Of a DNA stretch of 64,000 bases, positions 10,087-19,591 are shown one piece after another. Positions within the stretch are counted from its first letter, which is position 1, and the number at the start of each line of letters is the position of its first letter. The stretch lies in NCBI GenBank assembly GCA_965215565.1, contig CBDCDZ010000004.1, positions 3,840,001-3,904,000 on the forward strand, in the 5' to 3' direction. The notes beneath the pieces are model-generated. The model did not search any database, was not told the DNA's origin, and saw nothing but the letters and a program-made list of their open reading frames with translations. Source of the DNA: Trueperaceae bacterium (GTDB lineage Bacteria; Deinococcota; Deinococci; Deinococcales; Trueperaceae). Position numbers and translations under genes: made by a program.

Positions 10087-10817
10087 GAGGTGCTCTTTTC
10101 TTTTAAGGAAGTTCTGAGCGTTTGCCACCGCTCCACGTTGAGGCTGATGTCGTCTGGTAGAGAGACGCCCGCATCGGCCTTGGAGCCTGGCTCGACCTCT
10201 TCATTGCGCCGTTTGGCAAGCTCATAGACGCTTTTACGCTCGGTAGCGATGTGCAAAGTGTCAAAGGGAATCTCGCCTACGTACCGCACGGCTAAAGCGA
10301 TTTCTGGTGCGATGATGTCTACGTAGTCTTGGCTCGTAAACACGTCCGCAAACGCCACCGGATAGGGAAACTCGCGCGGGCGGAAGCTGGTGCGGATGAT
10401 GAGGTGGCGTAGGGCGAGTCTGGCAACCTCTTCCGCGACGAGTTTGCTGAGCGCGTAATAGTTGCGCACGGGGCCGACAGGGTTGTCTTCGTGATAGTTG
10501 CCAACGTCGCCACAAAAAACGTAATCGGTGGAGATATGGACGAGTATGGTGTTCGTATCTTTAAGCGCCCTAATGAGGTTGCGTGTACCCTCTACGTTGA
10601 CCTGCCAGCACGCAGCTTGATCCGTTTCCGCGCCCTTGACGTCGGTGTAGGCGGCGGCGTGGATGACGACGTCGGGCTTGTAAAGTTTGAGCGCGTGCTG
10701 GACGTTTGCGGCGTTTGTGAGGTCGAGTTCTGCGCTCGGCGGCGCGATGATGTCCGGCATGAGCGTACGCAACTCGCTGCCGAGTCGCCCGGAGCCGCCG
10801 GTTAAGAGGGTGGTCAT
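10083..10817 (-). CDS. rmlD: dTDP-4-dehydrorhamnose reductase family
   Basis: TGGSGRLG, HAAAYTDV, ISTDYVF, YALSK; alternative start at 10838. Confidence 0.88.
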   Translation of the reverse strand: MTTLLTGGSGRLGSELRTLMPDIIAPPSAELDLTNAANVQHALKLYKPDVVIHAAAYTDVKGAETDQAACWQVNVEGTRNLIRALKDTNTILVHISTDYVFCGDVGNYHEDNPVGPVRNYYALSKLVAEEVARLALRHLIIRTSFRPREFPYPVAFADVFTSQDYVDIIAPEIALAVRYVGEIPFDTLHIATERKSVYELAKRRNEEVEPGSKADAGVSLPDDISLNVERWQTLRTSLKEKSTS

Positions 10818-10972
10818 GAGGTGGGGGCTCGAGTCCATGTGCGGTAGTTTGGTGATGTTTCAGCAGTTCGTAGCATCAGCGCACTATTTTATCCTAGTTC
10901 TGCTACATCTGCCCTTCATCAACACCACGCCCCCACCAACACCGCGCCCCCACCAACCTCAACTTTCCTCCT

Positions 10973-12280
10973 CTACTTTGCCACGCCCCATGCGAAGCGC
11001 TCCCAAGAGCGACACTGATCGCGGTTTGCAATAAGTGGCGCGTCACCTGCGGACTCGGCGACGACGTATTTGTCGGTGTATTCGCTCTTGAGGCACACCG
11101 TGCCATCTTGGTTCGTCTGCCAGGTGTAGCGGTCTTCTACGCCGATGCTACTACCGTCGGCGTAGAGTGACCTGCCGTCTACGGCTGCTACATACTTGCC
11201 GATTTTCACGCTGCGCAGCGCCACTTTACCGTCACCTGCCTCGACAACGCTGAACTGGTCTTCCGCGCCGAGCTGGTCTCCGTCCGCACGAAGGGCAACG
11301 TCGTCGCTCCAGGCGCTTACAAACTTGTTGTTCTGAGCCTTGAGCCACACTGTTTCGCCGATAGGAACGCTGCCACTGGGGTTAGGGTCAGAGGGTTCCG
11401 GTGACGGTGCGGGGTCAGGCGAGGGTTCCGGTGCGGGATTGGCAGGTTCGCTGCCACCTGGCATCACGTCGCTGTAGGAGGCGCTGCTGTCACCGACGCG
11501 GACGTCGTCGAAGAAGATGACGCGGCTACTGTGGTCGGACTGTCTGTTGCTGTACTTGTAAAAACCATACTTGAAGTAGGGCGCGAGTTCGTCGTTGTAG
11601 CCGCAGCCGACACCGCGCCTACTCAACACCGACTCGCCGTCTTGCCACATCTCGACAACGCCCTCACCGAACGGATCGAATTTGATGTGAAAGACGAAGC
11701 TGACCCAGCGGTTTTTGGGCACCTTGCCGAGCGAGACCTCGACTTCCTGCTTTTTCTCCTCGTTTACGTTGACCCTTTTAGGGCTGTAGGCGCAGCTAAA
11801 GACCATGTCATCACGCCTCACGTCTAAAAGTGCGATGGGGTTGCGCCAGTCCTCACCTTCGTCGAAGTCGGGTCTGCCGTGCCACTGCGCGATGATTTCG
11901 GGGCTCACGTCAGTCCGCATCCCGTCCTCGGGGAAGTAGACCTTGAAGCCGTACCAGAACTCGTTAGCTTGTTTGAACGGAGTGCGCTCAACTGTTTTTA
12001 ACTCCGCCCCTTTGGTTTCGCGGGAGCCGTCATAGTCGCCTTTGCGGTGTTCGAAGCGCATCGCCTCGCCGCCTCCTTGCGGGCTTTCAGTGACCCTACA
12101 GGAGTAGTCGAAAGGGCACTCCGTCCCCCACGCACCAGACCACCTCCCCGAATCAAAGGTGTCGTTGTAGAGAAGTTCGGTCGCACTCGGCGCGACCTGC
12201 TCGCTCGGCTCGGTCTGTGAGCACGCCGCCAATAATAAAAGTGCCGCTAGACCTAAGCAGCGCGTTGACCCTCGTAACAT
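10973..12280 (-). CDS. Lipoprotein: polysaccharide-lyase-like domain, Pro-rich linker, fascin-like beta-trefoil
   Basis: Lipobox LAAC; WYGFKVYFP, IIAQWHG, YFKYGFYK; PEPSPDPAP linker; LKAQNNKFVSA..WERF. Confidence 0.75.
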   Translation of the reverse strand: MLRGSTRCLGLAALLLLAACSQTEPSEQVAPSATELLYNDTFDSGRWSGAWGTECPFDYSCRVTESPQGGGEAMRFEHRKGDYDGSRETKGAELKTVERTPFKQANEFWYGFKVYFPEDGMRTDVSPEIIAQWHGRPDFDEGEDWRNPIALLDVRRDDMVFSCAYSPKRVNVNEEKKQEVEVSLGKVPKNRWVSFVFHIKFDPFGEGVVEMWQDGESVLSRRGVGCGYNDELAPYFKYGFYKYSNRQSDHSSRVIFFDDVRVGDSSASYSDVMPGGSEPANPAPEPSPDPAPSPEPSDPNPSGSVPIGETVWLKAQNNKFVSAWSDDVALRADGDQLGAEDQFSVVEAGDGKVALRSVKIGKYVAAVDGRSLYADGSSIGVEDRYTWQTNQDGTVCLKSEYTDKYVVAESAGDAPLIANRDQCRSWERFAWGVAK

Positions 12281-12661
12281 TTGCTCTCCCTAACTGCGAC
12301 GAGTACAACTCGATTCGGACCAAATGTGTAGATACCGCCTGGCACACGTACTCGGTCGCGCTTTCTACCCGGTGTGGACTCTGAATTTCGAACTGTTGCC
12401 GCAAAACTGAATGTTCTACGCTACTGTGTTAGCCGATGACCTTATTTGTCATCCCACCTTTCTCAAAATGTTGCCCGTACTCGCTCTCTTCGAACCGCAC
12501 ACACATCGTCACGGGCGGCTGAGCTGAGGTGTTTATAGCACCTTGTGAATGCGCACGTTGAGTTAAAGCAGGCGTGAGTTCGGGGGGGAGCTGCCGTAGC
12601 ATCCTCCAAGTTTCACCGACTTTGAAGACCAAACTGACGGAGCCGAGAACGGTGTAGTTCC

Positions 12662-13156
12662 CTAGTCTCTGGAGCGGACGCGGATGATGTTCAGCCCCTC
12701 CGCTTCGGTAGGTAGCTCGAACCAGCCCGCAAACATCTCCAACATCTCTTGTGTGATCTCGTACGTTCCTGCGTCCAGCACCGCGTTTCGCGCCTCTAAC
12801 CGAGCTTGAAGTTCTAAAAAGGGGATGTCAAAAAAGTAGAGCAGCGGAGTTGCGCCTGCGGTTTGGGCTCGAGCCTGGAAATCCAACCTCTCTTTCCGCT
12901 TCCAAAATCCGAAGTCCAAAACGACGTTGACCTCTAACTCCAAAAGCCACCGCGCGACGTTCCACAAGAGGTCTTTGATCACCCTCAACCGCTCGTCGAA
13001 TACTGCGCGCGGCATGTGGTGACCGTAGAGGTCTATCATCCACTCATCTACGGAGAAGCGCACCGCGTTTTCCTCTCGCTCTAACCTCTTCGCGTAGGTG
13101 GTCTTACCGGAGCCCGTGAGCCCGCACATCATAAAAACGGTAGGGCGCTCGCTCAC
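12662..13156 (-). CDS. AAA_33-type P-loop kinase/ATPase
   Basis: [23 protein letters not shown]; start overlaps the rmlA stop. Confidence 0.85.
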   Translation of the reverse strand: MSERPTVFMMCGLTGSGKTTYAKRLEREENAVRFSVDEWMIDLYGHHMPRAVFDERLRVIKDLLWNVARWLLELEVNVVLDFGFWKRKERLDFQARAQTAGATPLLYFFDIPFLELQARLEARNAVLDAGTYEITQEMLEMFAGWFELPTEAEGLNIIRVRSRD

Positions 13157-14016
13157 TTCAAGAGGGCGAGCAGATACTGACCGTATTCATTCTTCTTCAT
13201 CGGACCCGCAAGCTCAGCCAAGGTCTCCGCGCTTATCCAGCCTTTGCGGTACGCAACCTCTTCCAAGCAGGCGATCTTGAGCCCTTGGCGCTGCTCGATG
13301 GTCTCGACGAAGTTCGAGGCTTGCAGGAGCGATTCGTGCGTGCCCGTATCCAGCCACGCCATGCCGCGCCCCATCATCTCGACGTGGAGCTGGTTTTGGG
13401 CTAAGTACGTTTTATTTACGTCGGTGATTTCTAGCTCGCCCCTGGGCGAAGGTCTGAGGTTTTTCGCGATGTCTAGCACCTGATTGTCGTAAAAATAGAG
13501 ACCCGTTACAGCGTAGTTCGACTTGGGTTTTTCGGGCTTCTCCTCCAAGCTCACGGCCTTGCCCGCTCCGCCGAACTCCACCACGCCGTAGCGCTCAGGG
13601 TCGCGCACGTAGTAGCCGAAGACGGTAGCGCCCTCCTCCAAAGAGGTCGCGCGGCGTAACTGCTGACCGAAACTCTGCCCGAAGAAGATATTATCGCCCA
13701 AAATGAGGCAAACCGAATCGTCACCGACGAACGCGCGCCCGATGATGAAGGCTTGCGCTAAGCCTTCAGGCTTGGGCTGCTCGGCGTAGTGGAGTGAGAG
13801 CCCCCACTGCGAACCGTCGCCCAAGAGCCGCTCGAAGCTCGCTCTGTCATGCGGCGTGGTGATGATGAGTACGTCGCGGATATCCGCGAGCATCAGGACG
13901 GATAGGGGGTAGTAGATCATCGGCTTGTCGTAAACCGGGACGAGTTGTTTGCTGAGAGCCCTCGTCGCAGGGTAGAGGCGCGTGCCGGAGCCGCCTGCTA
14001 AGATGATACCTTTCAT
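13153..14016 (-). CDS. rmlA: Glucose-1-phosphate thymidylyltransferase
   Basis: [46 protein letters not shown]. Confidence 0.97.
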   Translation of the reverse strand: MKGIILAGGSGTRLYPATRALSKQLVPVYDKPMIYYPLSVLMLADIRDVLIITTPHDRASFERLLGDGSQWGLSLHYAEQPKPEGLAQAFIIGRAFVGDDSVCLILGDNIFFGQSFGQQLRRATSLEEGATVFGYYVRDPERYGVVEFGGAGKAVSLEEKPEKPKSNYAVTGLYFYDNQVLDIAKNLRPSPRGELEITDVNKTYLAQNQLHVEMMGRGMAWLDTGTHESLLQASNFVETIEQRQGLKIACLEEVAYRKGWISAETLAELAGPMKKNEYGQYLLALLK

Positions 14017-14240
14017 ATTACGGGACCTTTCATAAGAGGTCACTGTAGCATCCGGCGGTGAGGGCGAGGCGATTCGCAGATTGTCTCGAGGGCGCGTTGT
14101 GATACCGGAGTGAAGTTTAGATGTCGTAGTTTGACATCTAAACCGCGCGTGAGCGCGTACCCTCGGGCGCGCTCAATTTACGACATCCTTGAATCAGGTT
14201 GGTATGAAGTGTAGGCGATGTAGAGTGTGGGCAATATGGT

Positions 14241-14269
14241 GTAGGGGTTGGTCCCAAACCAACTCCTAC
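14241..14269. repeat. GTAG-type REP-like palindrome
   Basis: GTAGGGGTTGGTCCCAAACCAACTCCTAC; similar to 21574-21601. Confidence 0.65.
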
Positions 14270-14284
14270 GTCAGCGTCACATTA

Positions 14285-14503
14285 TATAGCAATTAACATA
14301 AGTACTGATTGGAATAGCGCAAGTCTCAGCCATAAACTAGCGGGATTTCATTCTCAAATGTGCGTGCTGCTTTCTGAAAGCCCGCAGGGACGAAATTTTC
14401 GCAAAGCGAATGACGTAGTTTGCCGTTAGGCAACGGTGTTCTACATCGTGAGAGCGTCTCTTCGCATAACTTCGTTCACTCAAACCAAATGATACTTTCT
14501 ATA
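14285..14503 (-). mobile_element. Dispersed repeat subfamily A, expanded copy (219 bp)
   Basis: TATAGCAA...TTTCTATA termini; highly similar to 42407-42668 (inverted) and 60106-60219. Confidence 0.88.
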
Positions 14504-14527
14504 GTCGTTTCGTATTCCGTGCTCCGG

Positions 14528-15511
14528 CTAGCTGAAGCTCATCACCGATTTATGCCCCTCCACGATCACCTCTTCCGCCTCGACAATTCGTGCGATGGTC
14601 TCCACAGTCGCGTCTAAGTAGCTCCGCCCATCCGGTAAAAAGCTCTCCGCGTCTAAATATCCCCTGGGTCCGGTATGGTCCGCCGGTCCCATTGAGATGA
14701 GCTTGATGATGCCCTGCTGCTTCGCCTGGTTCCACGCCGAATAGGGCAGGATAGGCCACCGCCCTGGAAAGAGAAAATTACCCGTGCGCTGCACCATGTC
14801 GCGCCGCCCATAGAGGTGATAGACGTGCTCCAAAGCGAGAAGTCCGGGGTCCGAACTTATGACGCCGCCCAAGGACACGACGCTGATGGGCGCGCCCAAC
14901 ATTGAACGCAGATGCGGCGCAGCGCCCACCGCAATCTGCCCGCCGCCGCTGTAGCCGATGAGCGTCACCGGGACGCCGCTAGCGGGTTCGTAGCCGTGCA
15001 ACTCTAGACCCCTTGAGATCATCTCGGCAGAGCCCTGGTTGTAAATCGGTCCGTAGCGGCTGTCGGCGGAAACTGCAACCTGCCAGATGTTGCGAAAGTT
15101 GATGAGCGCCCCCGCGAGTCCGGGCCCGCTCAGCTTGCGCTTGAGCGCCCAGCGCCAGAACTTGGCGAAGATGCGCCCGCCGGTCAGGGCGCGGTTGGTG
15201 ACCGAGTAGGGAAAGATATCGTCTACCACGACGACTTTATCCGTCAACCTCTTGCGCAAACGCTTCAAAAAGACGACTTCGCGCTCGGCGTACGCCTCCC
15301 CCGAGACGCTATGAATGCCTGACAAGAAGACGACAAACCCTTCCGCGCCCTCCGCCCTGTAGAGCGCTCTAACGTGCTCCTCCTCTTTGGGGTGCCGCCC
15401 GTACCAGCCCGCCCACCAGCCGAGTGCCTCGAAAGGGGAGAGGATGCCCGCAATCAAGAAGCCGACGACGAGCACGGCGAGCAGGGTGAGTGCATCAGGT
15501 AGGAGCATCAC
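14528..15511 (-). CDS. Membrane-anchored alpha/beta-hydrolase-fold protein
   Basis: N-terminal TM, GYSGG nucleophile elbow, C-terminal His (DHTG); start overlaps the upstream stop (GTGA). Confidence 0.7.
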   Translation of the reverse strand: MMLLPDALTLLAVLVVGFLIAGILSPFEALGWWAGWYGRHPKEEEHVRALYRAEGAEGFVVFLSGIHSVSGEAYAEREVVFLKRLRKRLTDKVVVVDDIFPYSVTNRALTGGRIFAKFWRWALKRKLSGPGLAGALINFRNIWQVAVSADSRYGPIYNQGSAEMISRGLELHGYEPASGVPVTLIGYSGGGQIAVGAAPHLRSMLGAPISVVSLGGVISSDPGLLALEHVYHLYGRRDMVQRTGNFLFPGRWPILPYSAWNQAKQQGIIKLISMGPADHTGPRGYLDAESFLPDGRSYLDATVETIARIVEAEEVIVEGHKSVMSFS

Positions 15512-16203
15512 TTGTCCCTCTCGCCATTCCCTTCGTACAAGTCGCGGAGTTCTTGGCGCGTCGTGGTGAGCGGGACGCCCGCCGTGAGCCGCTTGAGCCG
15601 CCTCGAGAGGGCGATGATAGGCCGTCCGATGGTGCGCTGCAAGGCTTGCCAGAGCAGCCAACCGAGGGCGCTGCAGACGAGCGCTTGCGTGAGGGTGAGG
15701 TCCAAGGTTGCCGACACCGCCACAATCACCGCGAGCAAGCTCCAGAGCGACAAGAGCGCGAAAATCGGCACGCCGAAGTACGGCGCGAGCGCAAAGAACG
15801 AGAAGAGGTAAGGTGCGTAACCGAGCCCTACCGCCTTCGCGATGGTATTGAAGTCCACCTCGCGTCCATAGAGGTACGTGCCTACAAACCAGATGCTCAA
15901 GGTCCAGAAGAGGTAGCTGAAGAGGAAAATCGCCGCCGAAAGCGCCAGCGACGCCACAAAACGCTTAGGCTTGACGCGGTTAGCGAAGAGTACGACGCTC
16001 TGACCTAGCGATTCGGAAAAGCCCGCGAAAAAGACGACGAAGACCACAGCGAGTAGCCCCCAGGTTTCACTCTGAACTAGCAAAAATACCTCCTGCTCGA
16101 GCGTCAAAGCGCGCCTCACCACCTCGAGAAAGGGAATGTCGGTAAGAGGTGGTAGCGCCGCAGCAAGAACGACTAATAGGTCAGAGTAAGGCATGAGACT
16201 CAC
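15508..16203 (-). CDS. Yip1-like multi-TM membrane protein
   Basis: About 5 TM segments; SESLGQSVVLFANRV, VGLGYAP. Confidence 0.7.
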   Translation of the reverse strand: MSLMPYSDLLVVLAAALPPLTDIPFLEVVRRALTLEQEVFLLVQSETWGLLAVVFVVFFAGFSESLGQSVVLFANRVKPKRFVASLALSAAIFLFSYLFWTLSIWFVGTYLYGREVDFNTIAKAVGLGYAPYLFSFFALAPYFGVPIFALLSLWSLLAVIVAVSATLDLTLTQALVCSALGWLLWQALQRTIGRPIIALSRRLKRLTAGVPLTTTRQELRDLYEGNGERDK

Positions 16204-16290
16204 TTTTTAAGGTACGAATGTGGTGTTTTGCACGTTGCAGACCCTTGTATGAAGAAACGCTTGAGATTGCACACGACGTAAGGGGTACAT

Positions 16291-16330
16291 GAAAAAGGCG
16301 TAAACACACCTTCAAGTTTACGCCTTTTTC
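16291..16330. terminator. Bidirectional intrinsic terminator
   Basis: GAAAAAGGCGTAAAC-N10-GTTTACGCCTTTTTC. Confidence 0.75.
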
Positions 16331-16500
16331 ACCTCTTGATTTATGTACGGAGCTGATGCGCGCCAGTTGTGGGGGTTGCGCTCGAGGATTTGAAGTGGGC
16401 TCGAGGCTCTTGATTTTTGTAAAAGAGGAACGCGCGAGCCTATCTTCTCGACGCGGCTTCTCCCCGTGACTTCACTACCGAGATGCTGTTTACCTACTCG

Positions 16501-17133
16501 TTACCTAAATGCAGGGTCGCCTTGCGCCCCGTCTCCATCAATGACGACCGGACCCTGCGCGACGCCCGCGTACTCCTCCTCGTCGAAGGGAACGAGCAGC
16601 GCGCCCGTCATCTCGTAACCCGCCGCGCCAAATTCACTCGTGCGTCCTTGTGCGCTTATCGTGCCCGCAACTGAGACGACATCTTGCGCGTCGTCATGCG
16701 GTAGCGGATAGGTAGGCTTGACGTAGACGATCTGGTTGGCGGGCGGCGGTGGTACGTGGATACACGCGCCTAAAAAGGGCACGAGTAGAAACTCGCTGAC
16801 CGCCTCTTCATCGCTCGAGAGCGGCACGACGTAGCCCGACACCTTGACCGCTTGCCCGTCCAACGCCTCGACGAGTGGGGTGCTTTGCAAAGTCTCGCGC
16901 ATTACCGCCTCGCTGTCCTCAGCCTCCCAGGGGAAGGACTGGTAGGAAGGCTCATAGCCCGCAGGCATGAGGCTGCCCCAGGCGAGCGCGGTGGGCTCCA
17001 ACGTCTCGAACGCCCTCGTCGCGACCTGCTGCGCCAAGCCGAGCGGCGTGCCCGCTTCGGGTTTACTGCCACACGCGGCGAGCAAGAGTGTCAGGCTGGT
17101 GAGCATAGTAACCGTCCATCTCACGTTCATCAT
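16501..17133 (-). CDS. DUF3299-family lipoprotein (ZrgD-like)
   Basis: GYVVPL, EFLLVPFLGACIHVPPPPANQIVYV; lipobox LAAC; GGAGAGG upstream. Confidence 0.85.
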   Translation of the reverse strand: MMNVRWTVTMLTSLTLLLAACGSKPEAGTPLGLAQQVATRAFETLEPTALAWGSLMPAGYEPSYQSFPWEAEDSEAVMRETLQSTPLVEALDGQAVKVSGYVVPLSSDEEAVSEFLLVPFLGACIHVPPPPANQIVYVKPTYPLPHDDAQDVVSVAGTISAQGRTSEFGAAGYEMTGALLVPFDEEEYAGVAQGPVVIDGDGAQGDPAFR

Positions 17134-17330
17134 CCTCTCCACGTTTTGAGTATAGAGGCTCATCTCTCCTCTTGGTGTCATGCCTTTCTTATCGTCATGT
17201 CTTTCGCCCCAACCTCTTTGCTCCAAAGCTGCGCGGACCGATTGAGTTCTCGAGCAAGAACTCAGGTAAGAATAAGCCTTTATTCCGATGTATCCCACCT
17301 CTTCAACTGACCTCTTCACGCTCCTCCCTC

Positions 17331-18596
17331 TTACACCCGCACCGTCAAGCCGTCCGCGAGCGAATTGCGGTAGGCACGGTACGCCGGCACGAGCCCGGTG
17401 AGAACGCCCGCGCCAATCACAACCGCGAGCAGGGTGAGGTCGAAGGGTCCAGGCGGCGTGATGGCGATGTAGAGCCCATACTCGTTGGCTATCCAGGGGC
17501 GCAGCCCGGCGAGAAAGGTGTAGAGCAGCGCGACGCCTAAAGCGCAACCCACCACGGTAAAGAGCACGGCTTCGGCGCTGAGCAGCATGAAGACGTGCCA
17601 GGGACGTGCGCCCACCGAGCGCAAAATTGCCATCTCGCGCCGCCTTTCGCTGAGGCTCGAGAGAATCGCGCTCAGCATCCCGATGAGCCCGCTCAGCACC
17701 ACGAAGCCGGAGACGATCAGCAGCGCCCGCTCCGCCGCCCCTAAAAGGTTCCACAGTTCCTGTAAGGCGACGCCGGGTAGCACCGCCAAGAGCGGCTCGC
17801 GCCGGTAGTCATTGATGTCGCGCTGGAGCCTGAAAATTGCCGTCTTAGGCTCCACGCCGACTAGAAAAGCGGTAATGGCGTTCGGGGTCAGGTCGCGCGT
17901 CCGCGCCTCCTCCGCACTCACGCGCTGACTAGGGACGGGCACGCCGCTCCGCCAATCGATATGCATCGCCTCGATACCCGCCAAGCTCACGTGGACGGAG
18001 CGGTCCACGGGCGTGCCTGTCTTCGCTAGGATGCCTACTACCGTAAAGGGCTTGTCGCGGTGGTCGAGCAGGGTCGTGTCGCTCGTGCCGTGAGCGATGA
18101 CGATCTCCTGCCCGGCGGTGTAGCCCAAAGTTTTCGCCACGTCCGCGCCGAGCACCGCGTCGTAGACGCCGCTGAAAGGCTCGCCCGCTGTGAAGCGCAG
18201 TGGGCGAGAGCGCCCGTAGCGGTAGTGCTCGAAGTACGCCTCGCTCGTGCCGACGACGCGGAAGCCCCGGTGCGAGTCGCCGAGCGAGATGGGCACGGTC
18301 CAGGCGACGTTGGGATGGGTGGCGACTTGCTGATAACTTTGCCAGGTGATGTTGTTCGTCGCGTCACCGATGCGGAAGACGCTGTACAAGAGGAGCTGCA
18401 TTCCGCCGCTCCGTGCGCCCACCACGAGGTCCGTCCCCGAGATGGTATTGGCGAAGCTCGTTCTAGCCTCCGTGCGCACCTTCTCGACACCTAAAAGGAG
18501 CGTCACGCTGATGGCGATGACCAAGACCGTGAGGAGCGTCGTGCCCGCGCGGTTGAGCATACTCTTGACGGTTAAGCGGAGGAGCTTGACGAACAT
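17331..18596 (-). CDS. FtsX/MacB-type ABC permease (ZrgC-like)
   Basis: GTDLVVGARSG..QLLLYSVFRIG, PISLGDSHRGFRVVGT, ERRREMAILRSVGA. Confidence 0.9.
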   Translation of the reverse strand: MFVKLLRLTVKSMLNRAGTTLLTVLVIAISVTLLLGVEKVRTEARTSFANTISGTDLVVGARSGGMQLLLYSVFRIGDATNNITWQSYQQVATHPNVAWTVPISLGDSHRGFRVVGTSEAYFEHYRYGRSRPLRFTAGEPFSGVYDAVLGADVAKTLGYTAGQEIVIAHGTSDTTLLDHRDKPFTVVGILAKTGTPVDRSVHVSLAGIEAMHIDWRSGVPVPSQRVSAEEARTRDLTPNAITAFLVGVEPKTAIFRLQRDINDYRREPLLAVLPGVALQELWNLLGAAERALLIVSGFVVLSGLIGMLSAILSSLSERRREMAILRSVGARPWHVFMLLSAEAVLFTVVGCALGVALLYTFLAGLRPWIANEYGLYIAITPPGPFDLTLLAVVIGAGVLTGLVPAYRAYRNSLADGLTVRV

Positions 18597-19342
18597 TAAG
18601 CTACCTCCGAAGCGTGGTTGAGTGTCCGTAGGTCGAGGCTGCGGTCGAAGAGGTGCTCGAGGCTCCCGTCGTGGCTCACAAACAGGAGCGTCATCCCGGC
18701 GCGGTCACACTCCTCGAACAGTAAACGGATAAAACTCTCGCGGGTGTCGGCGTCGAGCGCTGAAGTAGGCTCGTCGGCGATGAGCAAGTCGGGGCTGCCG
18801 ATGAGAGAGCGCGCCGCCGCCACGCGCTGCTGCTGCCCGATGCTCAGTTCGGTGACGGGGCGCGACTGAAGCGCACCGTTTAATCCTAAGCGGCTCAGCA
18901 GCCGCGCCGCCTCCTCGTTCACCGCACCCAACGCCTTTGTCCGCGCCTCACGGCGTTTTGAAAAGGTCAGCGCCAGCGTCACGTTTTCCAACACCGAAAG
19001 GTAAGGAATAAGGTTGAACATCTGAAAGATGAAGCCGATGTGGTCCGCCCGGAATGCGTCGCGCCGCGCCCCGCGCAAAGCGGAGACCGCTACGTCGCCC
19101 ACTGTGACGGTGCCCTGTTGCGGGACGATGACGCCCGCAACCAGGTTGAGCAGCGTGCTCTTGCCGCTGCCCGAAGGCCCTTTGAGGAAGACCTTCTCGC
19201 CTTGGCAGACAGCGAATGCGCTAATATCCAGCACAAGAGGTGCGCCCTGCTTCCAGCGGAAGTGAATATCCTCGAGCTTCACCAAAGCGGCTCGAGGGTG
19301 CGTCTCAGCTACCGCTACCGAATCGTGGTCCGTCACCGTCAC
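18596..19342 (-). CDS. ABC transporter ATPase (ZrgB-like)
   Basis: GPSGSGKST, LSIGQQQRVAAAR, ADEPTSALD. Confidence 0.92.
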   Translation of the reverse strand: MTVTDHDSVAVAETHPRAALVKLEDIHFRWKQGAPLVLDISAFAVCQGEKVFLKGPSGSGKSTLLNLVAGVIVPQQGTVTVGDVAVSALRGARRDAFRADHIGFIFQMFNLIPYLSVLENVTLALTFSKRREARTKALGAVNEEAARLLSRLGLNGALQSRPVTELSIGQQQRVAAARSLIGSPDLLIADEPTSALDADTRESFIRLLFEECDRAGMTLLFVSHDGSLEHLFDRSLDLRTLNHASEVA

Positions 19343-19397
19343 AACGCTAGTGTATCCTCATCCGCTCTGCTCGAGAAGGAGAAAAATCTCTCAAAAA

Positions 19398-19591
19398 ATC
19401 GAGCAATGAGCAACGAGCAATGAGTTGAAAGTGGAAAGATAAAACTCAGGTAGTGGTTCTGAGTCGAATACCGCCCTATACTATCTCTACGTGGTGAACA
19501 AGGGGTTTCAACCCCTTGCTTTGACATCAGCATCATTTTAGATAAAGCCACTACCAAAACTCATTGCTCATTGCTTTCAACTCATTGCTCC
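19398..19591. repeat. Inverted heptamer arrays (GAGCAAT)n / (ATTGCTC)n enclosing REP-like family C copy 2 (19495-19528)
   Basis: GAGCAATGAGCAACGAGCAATGAGTTGAAAG ... CTCATTGCTCATTGCTTTCAACTCATTGCTC. Confidence 0.8.

Noticed and set aside
14374..14395. Hammerhead ribozyme-like CTGAAAGCCCGCAGGGACGAAA
   Set aside because: It lacks the CUGANGA core, and the second copy has GAAG instead of GAAA.
14420..14617. ORF MPLGNGVLHRESVSS (also at 42309-42491)
   Set aside because: Artefact of the shared repeat; the two ORFs diverge immediately outside the element.
17134..17754. N-terminal extension of the 417-aa DUF3299 ORF
   Set aside because: It overlaps the permease out of frame; the lipoprotein signal and RBS place the start near 17133.
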